Assembly (NCBI GenBank): GCA_043228905.1
Contig: JBHGNT010000005.1
Location: 24,242,001-24,306,000, forward strand
Direction of reading: 5' to 3'
Source: Azolla caroliniana
Lineage: Eukaryota > Plantae > Polypodiophyta
Length of the DNA: 64,000 nucleotides
A program made the translations under genes and the position numbers. Positions 10,824-20,760 of the stretch are shown one piece after another. Every line of letters begins with the position of its first letter. Position 1 is the first letter of the stretch. The notes beneath the pieces were generated by a model. The model was not told the origin of the DNA. It saw nothing but the letters and a program-made list of their open reading frames with translations, and searched no databases.

Positions 10824-13800
10824 TCAATCTATAAGCAAGTCAGGCAATGTGGGCTCTTCTGGATGAATGGACTCTTCTAAATTGTCCTCTGTAGCATTGA
10901 TTGTTTGCTCCGCTGAACCATGCATATGTTCAAATTCTATTACATCTTCTAGGTCCACAAGGTCCCTTGCGTCTTCATCTATAGGTTCCATTGGCTCTCT
11001 CGAAGTCATCTGAAACCTCTCTGTTTCATTGATGTGCTTCGCTCCGACTTCTTGATCTTGATCCGGACAATCCCAGATTCCTTGGATCCTCATTTTGATG
11101 TAGTTAACTTGTTCAGGGTCCTTCTCCAACGCGACACAGTTTCTGAACATTTTTAATGCACAAGCTGTAGTAGTACCTGATCGTAAAATAGAAGTGCAGA
11201 AGTCAAAATAATAATGAAAGTCTATAACTTAATCAAATTAACGAGACTAAACTTATATTACATATACCTGTGCCAGAGAACAAATCCAGAACCCAATCAT
11301 TTGGGTTTGAGAAGAGCTCGATTAAGCGGTTGATCAATCTTTGAGGTTTTTGATAAGGGTTCACAAGGCTCTTTTCACCTGATACATGTCGAAGCTTCTT
11401 TGTCACAGCTGGGCACATTATATAATTTACAACGTTTCTTTCATTAACGTGTGCCCGAGCCTTCTTCTTCGTTATTACATCATAATAACCCACACTAAGA
11501 TGCTCAACTGCACTAACCATACGATCGCCCGGGCTACGTGTAATATTTGTTTTAATCCTATTGAACCCAAAACAAATGAGTTAAAATTTGAATGGAACAT
11601 ATATAAACCACATATCTAAGAGAATATTATAAAAAAACAACGTATAACTCACCAATGCATATGCTCTGTTGCATGACATCGTGACTTTAAAGCAGTTGTG
11701 ACTGACAATGATTGACCCATGCTATGAAATATGACTATCCTCCACAATGGTGCTAAGGTCAACTCTGCGAAGTCCTTTACCATCTTCTCAATCTGGGGGT
11801 ACTTGAAAGGCACATCATCGAACATGGAACCCGTGATCCGGAATCCGTACGGTATATTAGCAATAAGTAATGTATAGTGCCTTTTTGGTAATATGTCGAG
11901 CATATTCACCACATCCCCCTGGAATACACTATAATGTAATTGTTTGAAAGGGTCAGCTCTATGCAAAAAACTTTTTACTGTTGCGAAGTCCTCCGGCACT
12001 TCCAACTCCTTTCCCTTTGTCATTCTTTTTTCATATTTAGCACGTTCCAAGTGCGTAATGAACGAACTTGGAATACCGTCATTACTATCACCAACTTTCT
12101 TTGATCGAGGTGGTTTCTGCAAAATTCATTTCCTGTAAGGAATATATCTGATAAATGATAATTGAATCTTTTCAAATTGAAAATACACATACCCATTCTC
12201 TAAATACAATGAAGAACTATTCTAATGCCTTATATGATGATGTTATTGGGCAAGCTTGTTCGACTTCTTCCCAGGTTAGTAGGCACAATTTTTTCATCAT
12301 CAATTCTTGTATCTTCATGTATACTTTATGACTAAAAATAAAATATTAAATGTGAAATCAGTTATCAAAGGAAATGCACAAGAATAAAGAAAAACATTTC
12401 AATTTTACATACTTTTGTAACTCAGTCACCATCTCGTCCAAGCTAAACTCCTTGGCTGCAACTCGAGACAACACAAATATTAACAATCTATCGTCTTTAA
12501 TTCCTTGTAGTGACCTCCAAGGTAGCAACTTCATATCTTCGGCCAACTCCTCAATAAATAAGTCACTTTTACGTGACTTTGTCTTCATCTCCACTTGTGG
12601 ATCTACCTTGGCCTTCTTTGCCCGTTGACCTTTGACCTCCTTGCGCTCCCACATGCCAAATATTCTATCCTGGAGATCCCATACCTCACCTGTTCTAAAG
12701 GCAAGCTGAAACCATGAGTCATATTTCCGTAGCCCTTCAGATTTCGTACTCTCGTCAACTGCAATACCCACTTCTAGTAAACATTGACGTCGTAAGCCAA
12801 GGTTCAACTTGGGTCCAAATCTTTGCAACGCATCCAAATACTCATGGTGAAAGAATCTGATGCGTTCGATACAAGACATCTTTTGTCTATAATCATTATC
12901 ATTGTTGTGGTCCCATGCTAACAACTTGGCCTCTTCATGAGTAAGACCTGCATATACTTTACATTCTGCGTACTTAAAAAACGGAGTGAGCAGATATGCC
13001 TTGACGAGTTGACGTCGGGCTTCAGCTGAATGAGATCCTCCGATAACATAATAAGTATAATCATCTGAAGAGCTATATTTAAAGTCAGCAACTGTCGGAC
13101 ATTGTTCAGGGTCTACCATAACCAAAAAAGGTACGACAGCTGCATGTGGATTTATCTTCATTTTGCTTTTCAAATTTTGTACATGCACTGCATGTGGCTC
13201 TCTAATCTCGAGCGTGCGTCTTCTAGTTTCAGGGTCGATGGGCGGCCTTTGAATTGAAGAAATTGGTAGATGGAAGAGTTGACCTTTTCGCACTAGTTTG
13301 GTTCTAGCTATATTTTCTCTAATCCGGTTTTGCTCAGAAGTCAATACACCGGAAGATATTTGCCCTCCTGGAGGGACAATTTCAAGTTGTTGTTCATCGT
13401 CTTCTTCTTCCTCGAACTCCAAGACGTCGAGGTCCTCGTCATTAGATATTTGTCGTTTTTGATATTTTTTATGTTCCGGTTTTGTTTTCCGAGACTTTTT
13501 AGGCGGAGTCTCTGCTTCTGTGCTCATCATCTCTCCAGTAACATAAGGCCGAAGAGCTACAATAAGATTATTCTTTGTTTGCATATCTTTTCGCAAAGAT
13601 TTTGGGTGGCATACGTCAGGTACTAGGTTTCCTTCATCAACTTGCACTCGCCTTATACCACCTGAGCTCTCAACTTCGAGGAAGATAATGGACAAATCAC
13701 TGTCTTCATATTCTAAATTACGAACTTTACCATAGGGGAAGGTCTTCCCTAATTCAAGCTTTCCTTTTCCTTCCGACGTGGCAAATATGAGGAGCAATAC

Positions 13801-15505
13801 CCCATCTTCTTCAATGTAAGTGAGACTCCATTCTACATGTGAATAATTTTTTAGCTTATGCTCCGTGGACTTATCTTCCACGAGCATAATTTGTTTATTT
13901 TTCGTATTCCCTACGGATGATTTCGAGGTCCCATCACCTCCGGACTCGAATAATGATCGTCGAGACTTTTCTTTTAAAAAACTCTCCGAGTCATGTTTTG
14001 TCGGAGACCGGAACTTCAACTTGAAAGAGGACACCTTCGGACGGGGCTCACTGGGGAAGAAAACAAAATATTTTCGTGAAATAAATGTAAAATATACGTG
14101 AATACACCAAAACACAACTAAATTCTCTTTAATACACTGTAGTACACGTAAAATACACATAAAACGCACCTAAATACACGTAAGTGCACCTAAATACCCT
14201 TAACTACATGTAAAACACACCTAAATACACTAAACCCTAAACAGAATACTCTCCAATACACCTAAGTACACGTAAAATAAACATAAAACACACCTAAATA
14301 CACGTAAGTAGACCTAAACACACCTAAACACTACTAAATACATATAAATACACCTAAGTACATGTAACAGACACGTAAATACGATGAAATACACCTAAAT
14401 ATACATAAAATACATCTAAATATACCTAAAATAAAGCTAAAATAAAGCTAGCACGTCCTTTGAAATCCGATGCAGTGCATCGGATTTCAGAGGATTTCCT
14501 ATCCTCTCCTCCCTAATCCGATGCACTGCATCGGATTTGGGAGGTTTTCTGATCATCTCCTCCCTAATCCGATGCACTGCATCGGATTAGAGAGGACATC
14601 CTCTGAAATCCGATGCATTGCTTCGGATTTGGGAGGTTTTCTGATCATCTCCTCCCTAATCCGATGCACTGCATCGGATTTCAGAGGTTTTCTGATAATC
14701 TCCTCCCTAATCCGATGCAGTGCATCGGATTAGAGAGGACATCCTCTGAAAACCATTGCACTGCGTCGGATTTCAGAGGTTTTCTGATCATCTCCTCCCT
14801 AATCCGCGGATTAGGGAGGAAATCCTCTAAAACGAGAGGTTTTCTCATCATCTCCTCCCTACTCCGATGCATTACATTGGATTTGGGAGGATATGATACG
14901 ACATCCTCTGAAATCCGATGCATTGCTTCAGATTTCAGAGGATATAATACGACATCCTTTGAAATCTGATGCATTTCATCGGATTAGGGAGGATTTTCTC
15001 CCTAATCCGATGCAGTGCATCGGATTTCAGAGGTTTCTTGATCATCTTCTCCCTAATCCGATGCACTACATTGGATTAGGGAGGATATGATACGACATCA
15101 TCTGAAATCCAATGCATTGCATCAGATTGGGGAGGATAACCTCTGAAATCCGATGCATTGCATCGGATTTCAGAGGATGTCGTATCATATCCTCCCTAAT
15201 CCAATGTAGTGCATCGGATTAGGGACGATAACCTCTTATTCTTATGTATGTGTTGTCTTAATTTCCTATCTACCCCCATGCAGTTCATCAAGTTAGCGAG
15301 GAAGTACTTTCTAATTCGATGCACTGCATCGAATTAGAGAGGACATTCTCTCAAGAAACCGAAGAAATTATACATACACCAAACTAATTATAATTAAAGT
15401 CACTCAATTTTATAGATAATAAAAAAGAATCTTTATGGTATCTTTAGGAATCTTTAAATTTGGGTAATAGAAGACTTACTTGCCAACTGTCTTGCTCGAT
15501 TTCAT
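10824..15505 (-). CDS. Six-exon gene: ParB/Srx-like domain fused to beta-class N4/N6 DNA methyltransferase (969 aa predicted; one in-frame TAG at 12217-12219, so possibly pseudogenised in this copy)
   Basis: Exons 15505-15480, 14050-12413, 12331-12193, 12116-11653, 11557-11268, 11176-10824; all introns GT-AG and phase-consistent, total 2910 nt. Motifs in beta order: VFQGDVVNML, LLIANIPYG (IV), MHWIKTN..AVEHL, NPYQKPQRLINRLIELFSNPNDWVLDLFSGTGTTTACA (X-I), RNCVALEKD (II). ParB-like segment: YYVIGGSHSAEARRQL...EEAKLLAWDHN...MSCIERI. Confidence 0.85.
14090..14445. repeat. Low-complexity tandem repeat (AATACACCTAA / ACACGTAA) in intron 1 of the methyltransferase gene
   Basis: Repeated TACACCTAAA and ACACGTAA words. 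Confidence 0.8.
14461..15340. repeat. Array of about 17 palindromes AATCCGATGCA-N-TGCATCGGATT spaced ~45-55 bp apart
   Basis: 11-bp arms with a 1-nt spacer, some copies degenerate. Linkers are a few recurring types (TCTCCTCCCT, GGATATGATACGACATCCTCTG). Confidence 0.92.
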
Positions 15506-15871
15506 GTTAGACTAGTTGTTGACAATGTGTTGATGAACACAGAAAACGATGACTTTTTCTAAAGAGTGCTCTGAGCTCTTGAAACGTGTAAGAGATAATG
15601 AGTGGTAGATCTCTATTTATATAGTTAACTTAAATTGTTTTTTTGGAAAATAAAATAATTATTTAAAAAAAAGATTTTCTCTTAAAAAAATACAATATTA
15701 CACAATAAATTATTATAAAAAATTTACAAAATTAAATAATAATATGATGTCAATATACCTTATCTTTTATCCCAAGATGTCTTCATATGGTTTATGTTCA
15801 TAGACTAGATCTTCAATTCCTAAACTTCTACTTAAACAAGAGAAAGGTGTTAATTTAAGTTAGGCTTCAAG
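15506..15871. promoter_or_regulatory. Putative bidirectional promoter between the methyltransferase and transposase genes
   Basis: 366-bp very AT-rich spacer between divergent start codons. TATATAAATA on the minus strand at 15614-15623, ~110 bp before the methyltransferase-gene ATG. Confidence 0.55.
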
Positions 15872-18625
15872 ATGTCTTGTGCTTCGAGTAGATCATCCTT
15901 GTTTTCAGTGGACCCTTATGTTTTATCGAGTAACTCATATTTCTCAGTTGATGAGTACAAGGTCCCAAGTGTTTCAAAGGGTCCAGGTGAAAATGTTAGT
16001 TGTGATGTTGGTAATAACTCAAACTCACTTTTCTCAATTGACCCTTTCAAGAGGCCAGGACAAAGTGGTATACAAGATAACAAAAGTTGTGCAAGCATTG
16101 ACAAGGCTGAAACCACATTTGGCGAAGCTTGCGTAACAAAGCCTCTCACATTCAAAAGAGTTCCTCGACAAGTTAGTGTAAAGAGATATAACTTTTTATG
16201 TTCTGATCGTCAAATTGTTTGTGATTCGAGCAAGACATGTTGTGGGAATCTATGTCTTAATAAATTTGGAAAGTCAAACTTACGAATAATGCGGGAGAAG
16301 TATCTATCACTTAATGGTGAGGAACAAGATACTTTTCTTATTTCACATATGCAGCTTGTAAGAGATCACGCCACTGGGGCTAGTTCAACGCACGTTGAAT
16401 ATTACCTTGCATTGAGGACTAAGTGTTGTAGAGTTGCTTTCAAAATTGCTCATAGCATTGGGAACATGAGGCTTCAGAGAATACAACTAAGATTGGTGAA
16501 GGGATCGTTTATACCTTTTGATATGAATTCCTCTGGTAGTAAGGGTCTTATAGGGCGTCATTCTATTAATTGGATGGAGATATATTTCTCAAAGCAATGT
16601 GATATTATGCCCACTACTGGGAGATTGCACTTGTCTGATAATTTCACTCGTCGTGAGGTGTATCAAGAATATAAAGACGACATGTTGTCACAAGGTGTAC
16701 CTTACATACAGTATCGACATTTCAATCGATTATGGAGGTTACAATTTAACAATGTGGTTATACCACGTAAAGTTCGAATGGGTGTTTGTTCAATATGTGC
16801 AAGTTTAAAGAGTATGGCAAAGGGTGGGAAATCGGATGATGAAATAAAGAATTACAAGAATCTATTGAAAGAACACCGTGAGAGTCAAGCATTGGAATGT
16901 TCTAAAGCTATGCACCACCGACGAAAAGCTCTCCAATCACCTGAAAGGTATATGTGTATGATTATTGATGGCATGGATCAGAAGAAGACTTGTTTGCCAC
17001 ACTTTCAAAGGTTGCCAAAGGATATTGGAGATGAATGCCTTGTACAAATGCATTTAGTAGGTTGCTTGTCATATTGTCAGACAATAAGGCCTCAAGTATT
17101 CTTAACTTATCCTAATATCCACAACAACCCTAATCTTACAGTTACAGTCATGCAAAGAGTGTTGCAGTCTTGGCCAGGTATACTCTCGCCTGTTCTATAT
17201 GTGCAACTTGACAATACAGCTAGAGAAAACAAAAACTCGACTGTTTTCGGTTACTTAAGCATGCTAGTAGAGAAGGGTTTATTTAAGAAGATTAAGGTTA
17301 ACTTCTTACTAGTTGGTCATACCCATGATCATATAGATCAAATGTTTAGTAGGTTCTCAAAGAAATTAGCACGATGTGATGCTTTCACGCTTCCTACGCT
17401 AACAATGTTGATCAGTGAAGCTTATACCCCGAAGCCCGAAGTACATCAGTTGAATGAAGTGTATGATTTTAAACGCTTCTGCATGGACGGTGATGGGGCT
17501 CAAGGTAGGGTTCTTGCACCTCTGAATAATATAAGTTTTAACCATGTCTTCCTCATAAAACGAAGTGATATGAGCCACAACACGACGATGTTGTATGCAA
17601 AACAATACTCATCTAGTTCACAATGGGAGCCACAAGAGGGTTGTAGGTTCTTACTTTATTTTCCAAATACAAAAATCCATGGTGCAGAACAAATGCCGTA
17701 TGATGACCATAAAAAAATGGTTCATAGCAACTCAATTGATGAGAAAAAGATATATTGGATGCGATGCCTTGAAGAGAAACAAAGAAATATTGAGCGCACC
17801 AAGAAGTATGTTGGTGATCAAGATGTTCAATGGTGGGATACCTTCTTTAACCATCAACATACAATTTTAAACAACTACATTGCCGGAGTATGGCCAATCC
17901 AAAATGCTTTCACATGGAACATTGGTATGCCGTCAATAGATTCACATGCTAACCATCAATTAATTGGTAATGTTGAACTCAATAATCTAGTTCGCCCACG
18001 ACAGAGAGATATTTATGTGGGACCAAGAATATCGCGTACTGCAGAGGCAAGATGGCAAGGCAATTTGCATGAACTACAAGTTGGGATGTTAGTTGCAACA
18101 TTAGCTGGGGATGATGAGTTGGGCCATCCATTTTGGATTGCTAAAATTTTGGATATAATGAAGGATGAATCAGGCAATCAAGTTAAGTCCATTGTGGTTC
18201 ATTGGTATCACACCTCTTCACCAAATCCATTCACTGGAAAGTACTCTTTAGAGATGGTTAAGGATGTTGAAGGCACAAGTAGAAAGCGAAGAAGAAAGAA
18301 TCTACCAAGCACGTCTGTTCTTACATTGGATAATGTTGACATACTAGTGTATGACTTCTCCTTGACCAAAACAGGCCATCTAAGACAAACCACAATCAAG
18401 ATATTAAAAGAGAAGATCCCAAATGCGGCTCCAACCACTACACAAAGACAAACAAGAAGCATGTCTCATAACCATGGTGATGTTGGATTGCAATTGGATG
18501 AAGACAATGCATTGGTTGCCAGTGATGATGAGGATGATACCTCACAAAGCTCTTCTAGTTCATCGGATGGGTCTAAAAATGATGGCATAGACTTGGAAAG
18601 CGATAGTTTGACACCTGATCTGTAG
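15872..18625 (+). CDS. Sola1-like DDD/E transposase (917 aa) with C-terminal BAH-like domain
   Basis: Uninterrupted ORF between the TIRs. PRKVRMGVCSIC, IIDGMDQKKT, LYVQLDNTARENKN and LLVGHTHDHIDQMFS resemble Sola1-type motifs (D-N..NKN, GHT....D). C-terminal LQVGMLVA...PFWIAKILDI...IVVHWY. Confidence 0.85.
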   Translation: MSCASSRSSLFSVDPYVLSSNSYFSVDEYKVPSVSKGPGENVSCDVGNNSNSLFSIDPFKRPGQSGIQDNKSCASIDKAETTFGEACVTKPLTFKRVPRQVSVKRYNFLCSDRQIVCDSSKTCCGNLCLNKFGKSNLRIMREKYLSLNGEEQDTFLISHMQLVRDHATGASSTHVEYYLALRTKCCRVAFKIAHSIGNMRLQRIQLRLVKGSFIPFDMNSSGSKGLIGRHSINWMEIYFSKQCDIMPTTGRLHLSDNFTRREVYQEYKDDMLSQGVPYIQYRHFNRLWRLQFNNVVIPRKVRMGVCSICASLKSMAKGGKSDDEIKNYKNLLKEHRESQALECSKAMHHRRKALQSPERYMCMIIDGMDQKKTCLPHFQRLPKDIGDECLVQMHLVGCLSYCQTIRPQVFLTYPNIHNNPNLTVTVMQRVLQSWPGILSPVLYVQLDNTARENKNSTVFGYLSMLVEKGLFKKIKVNFLLVGHTHDHIDQMFSRFSKKLARCDAFTLPTLTMLISEAYTPKPEVHQLNEVYDFKRFCMDGDGAQGRVLAPLNNISFNHVFLIKRSDMSHNTTMLYAKQYSSSSQWEPQEGCRFLLYFPNTKIHGAEQMPYDDHKKMVHSNSIDEKKIYWMRCLEEKQRNIERTKKYVGDQDVQWWDTFFNHQHTILNNYIAGVWPIQNAFTWNIGMPSIDSHANHQLIGNVELNNLVRPRQRDIYVGPRISRTAEARWQGNLHELQVGMLVATLAGDDELGHPFWIAKILDIMKDESGNQVKSIVVHWYHTSSPNPFTGKYSLEMVKDVEGTSRKRRRKNLPSTSVLTLDNVDILVYDFSLTKTGHLRQTTIKILKEKIPNAAPTTTQRQTRSMSHNHGDVGLQLDEDNALVASDDEDDTSQSSSSSSDGSKNDGIDLESDSLTPDL

Positions 18626-18909
18626 ATATTGAATTGTACATCAAAATGTCAGTTAACGAATATGTATAAATATAGGTGGTAGTCATTTTGTACATTCTTT
18701 TGTAAGTTTGGCATGTCTATTATTTAGGCATTTTTTGAAAGACCTACAATTTTGGACATGCTTAAAATCAATATATTTTTGGGTCATTTTTGAAAATCCT
18801 TTACGCATGCGGCACCCCTTTTTGTCAATCGACCTATTTTGTGTCTTTTTTTGACGGATAGTTCTTAAAATGCGACATATTACCTGTTTCAAATGTCCCG
18901 GTGTTAGTG

Positions 18910-20347
18910 TCACCAAGTTTAGACACTATCTGTTGGGAAGGAAATTTTCCTTTCATGTAGATCATTCGGCGCTCCTCTATTTGGTGTCCAATGCATCACT
19001 CACCGGTAAGCTGGCCCGGTGGACGTTACTACTGCAAGAATTTGAGTTCAAGATATTCCATTGACTCGACATACAACATGCGGTAGCGGACTATTTAAGC
19101 CGGCTAGATTCCGGCAAAACCGGTGACGGTGTCCCATATGACTTTCTGGATGCAGAGCTGTTTAGAGTCACAGCAGAAACGACAACGGACAGTTCGGTCG
19201 TAGAGGAAGACAAGTGGCTCACCAATATGCACCAATTTCTGAGCACCGGTTTACCTCTGGAGGAGATGAACAGAGACGAAAGGAAACGCTTAGCAGTTCA
19301 AAGTCGGGACTTCTATCTATTGCAGGACACACTGTACCACAAAGGCGCAGATGGCATATGGCGGCGTGCAGTGCGCAGTGACGAAAAAGAAGTAATATTG
19401 CGCGAGGCACACTGCGGTGTGGCCGGAGGACATTATGCTGGAGACGCTACGACAAGGAAAATATGGCAGAGTGGACTATGGTGGCCAACAACATTGAAAG
19501 ATGCAGTCCGGTACGCTAAAGAATGCGACCTATGTCAACGAATGGGGCAACCAACCGAACAAGCCAGAATGCCTCACCAGCTCGTGCTACCGTTAGAACC
19601 ATTTCAGAAATGGAGGCTAGATTCTGTTAGTACGTTCAAACCACTGGCAATGAGAACCGGCAACCAATACGTGATCGTCGCTACGGATTACTGCACGAAA
19701 TGGGTGGAAGCGAAAGCACTACGCGACAACACCGCGGCATCCATGACAGAAAATTTATATGAATGCCTCTAGTGCCGATATGGATGTCCGATAGAGCTCA
19801 TAAGTGACCAAGGTGGGCACTTCTTAGGGCAAGTAGTGGAAAGTTTGACGACATTTTATGCGGTGGTGCACAAACGAAGCACTCCCTATTATCCGCAAGC
19901 CAACGGATTAGCAGAGTCAACAAATAAAACACTACAGAATATCCTGCGGAAAATCGTCAATGAGAACCAGACGGATTGGGATACAAAGCTGCACAGTGCA
20001 CTCTGGGCCTACCGAATGACATATAAAACAAGTATCCGCACAACACCGTTCCGCTTAGCATTCAGATTAGAAGCAGTGATGCCGGTAGAGTTCCAGGTCT
20101 CGAGTTTACGAATATAGATTCGGGAACGCCTAAATGAGAAGGAATCGGAAGCTATCCGGTTAAAGGCGTTGTGCAAATTGGAAGAACACCGGCTAGCCAA
20201 CATTATGCACCTAGAACTAGAGCAGCGACGAAGGAAGGCGTTCGTGGATCGTCACCGAAAAGGGAACGAAAAGATGTTTGGCATCGGTAAGCCGGTACTC
20301 GTGTTTCGGTGGACCGGACCATACTGGATTACGCGAGAGTTCAACGG
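18910..20347 (+). pseudogene. Gypsy pol 3' part: rest of RNase H and integrase
   Basis: VTKFRHYLLG..VDHSAL..LARWTLLLQEF; HHCC zinc finger EAHCGVAGGH..ECDLCQ; DYCTKWVEA; YPQANGLAES. The last ~30 codons of the integrase C-terminus resume at 25834 (NGSYQLGTL..WVNGFRLKPY). Confidence 0.92.
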
Positions 20348-20727
20348 TGTTGGAAGACAGGTCCCTCCGGCGAAGGAAGGGAGAAGAACAGTGCCGACGA
20401 ACAAACTCGGCCGAGGCCGAAATGGTATGAACCGAATGGGGAGAACCCGACTTCGGAGAGTCGGATGGTGTAGGCCCGGTATGAACCGGATGAGGAGTAC
20501 CCGACTGCGGAGAGTCGGATGGTGTAGGTCCGGTATGAACCGGATGAGGAGTACCCGACTGCGGAGAGCCGGATGGAGCCCATCGAGGCTACATTTGTAA
20601 ATAGTCGAAAAGTCATATTAGTATAAATATGACTTAGGGCAAACTTTTAGTGCGTGTGCAGTCGTCGTTTTTGTTGTGATTATTCTTCCTTGTTGGTGCA
20701 AGAAGAAATCAGAGCGCGTAACTGTAC

Positions 20728-20760
<33 letters not shown>

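Larger units (their letters stand above)
10100..18905. mobile_element. Sola1-like TIR DNA transposon carrying a ParB-like/amino-DNA-methyltransferase gene
   Basis: 37-bp TIRs AACACCGGGACATTTGAAACA(A/G)GTAATATGTCGCATT at 10100-10136 and 18869-18905, 1 mismatch. 4-bp TSD AGTG at 10096-10099 and 18906-18909. Removing the element and one TSD restores the Gypsy RNase H frame (MIYS-VTKFRHYL). Confidence 0.93.

Noticed and set aside
14051-14169. N-terminus MRFMCILRVLQ... of the 603-aa ORF
   Set aside because: Intronic read-through. A strong acceptor lies at 14051 and a phase-compatible upstream exon at 15505-15480.
14470-15090. ORFs 14470-14733, 14613-14969, 14681-14974, 14893-15090
   Set aside because: Repetitive translations of the palindrome array within an intron.
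14461-15340. CRISPR-like appearance of regularly spaced palindromic repeats
   Set aside because: Spacers are a few recurring types, not unique; no cas genes; eukaryotic intron context.
10100-18905. Bacterial contamination or chimeric assembly as the source of the methyltransferase
   Set aside because: The gene has five GT-AG introns and sits inside TIRs with a TSD that precisely interrupts a plant Gypsy ORF.
18870-19064. Peptide MRHITCFKCPGV shared with ORF 9803-10147
   Set aside because: Simply the translation of the two TIRs.
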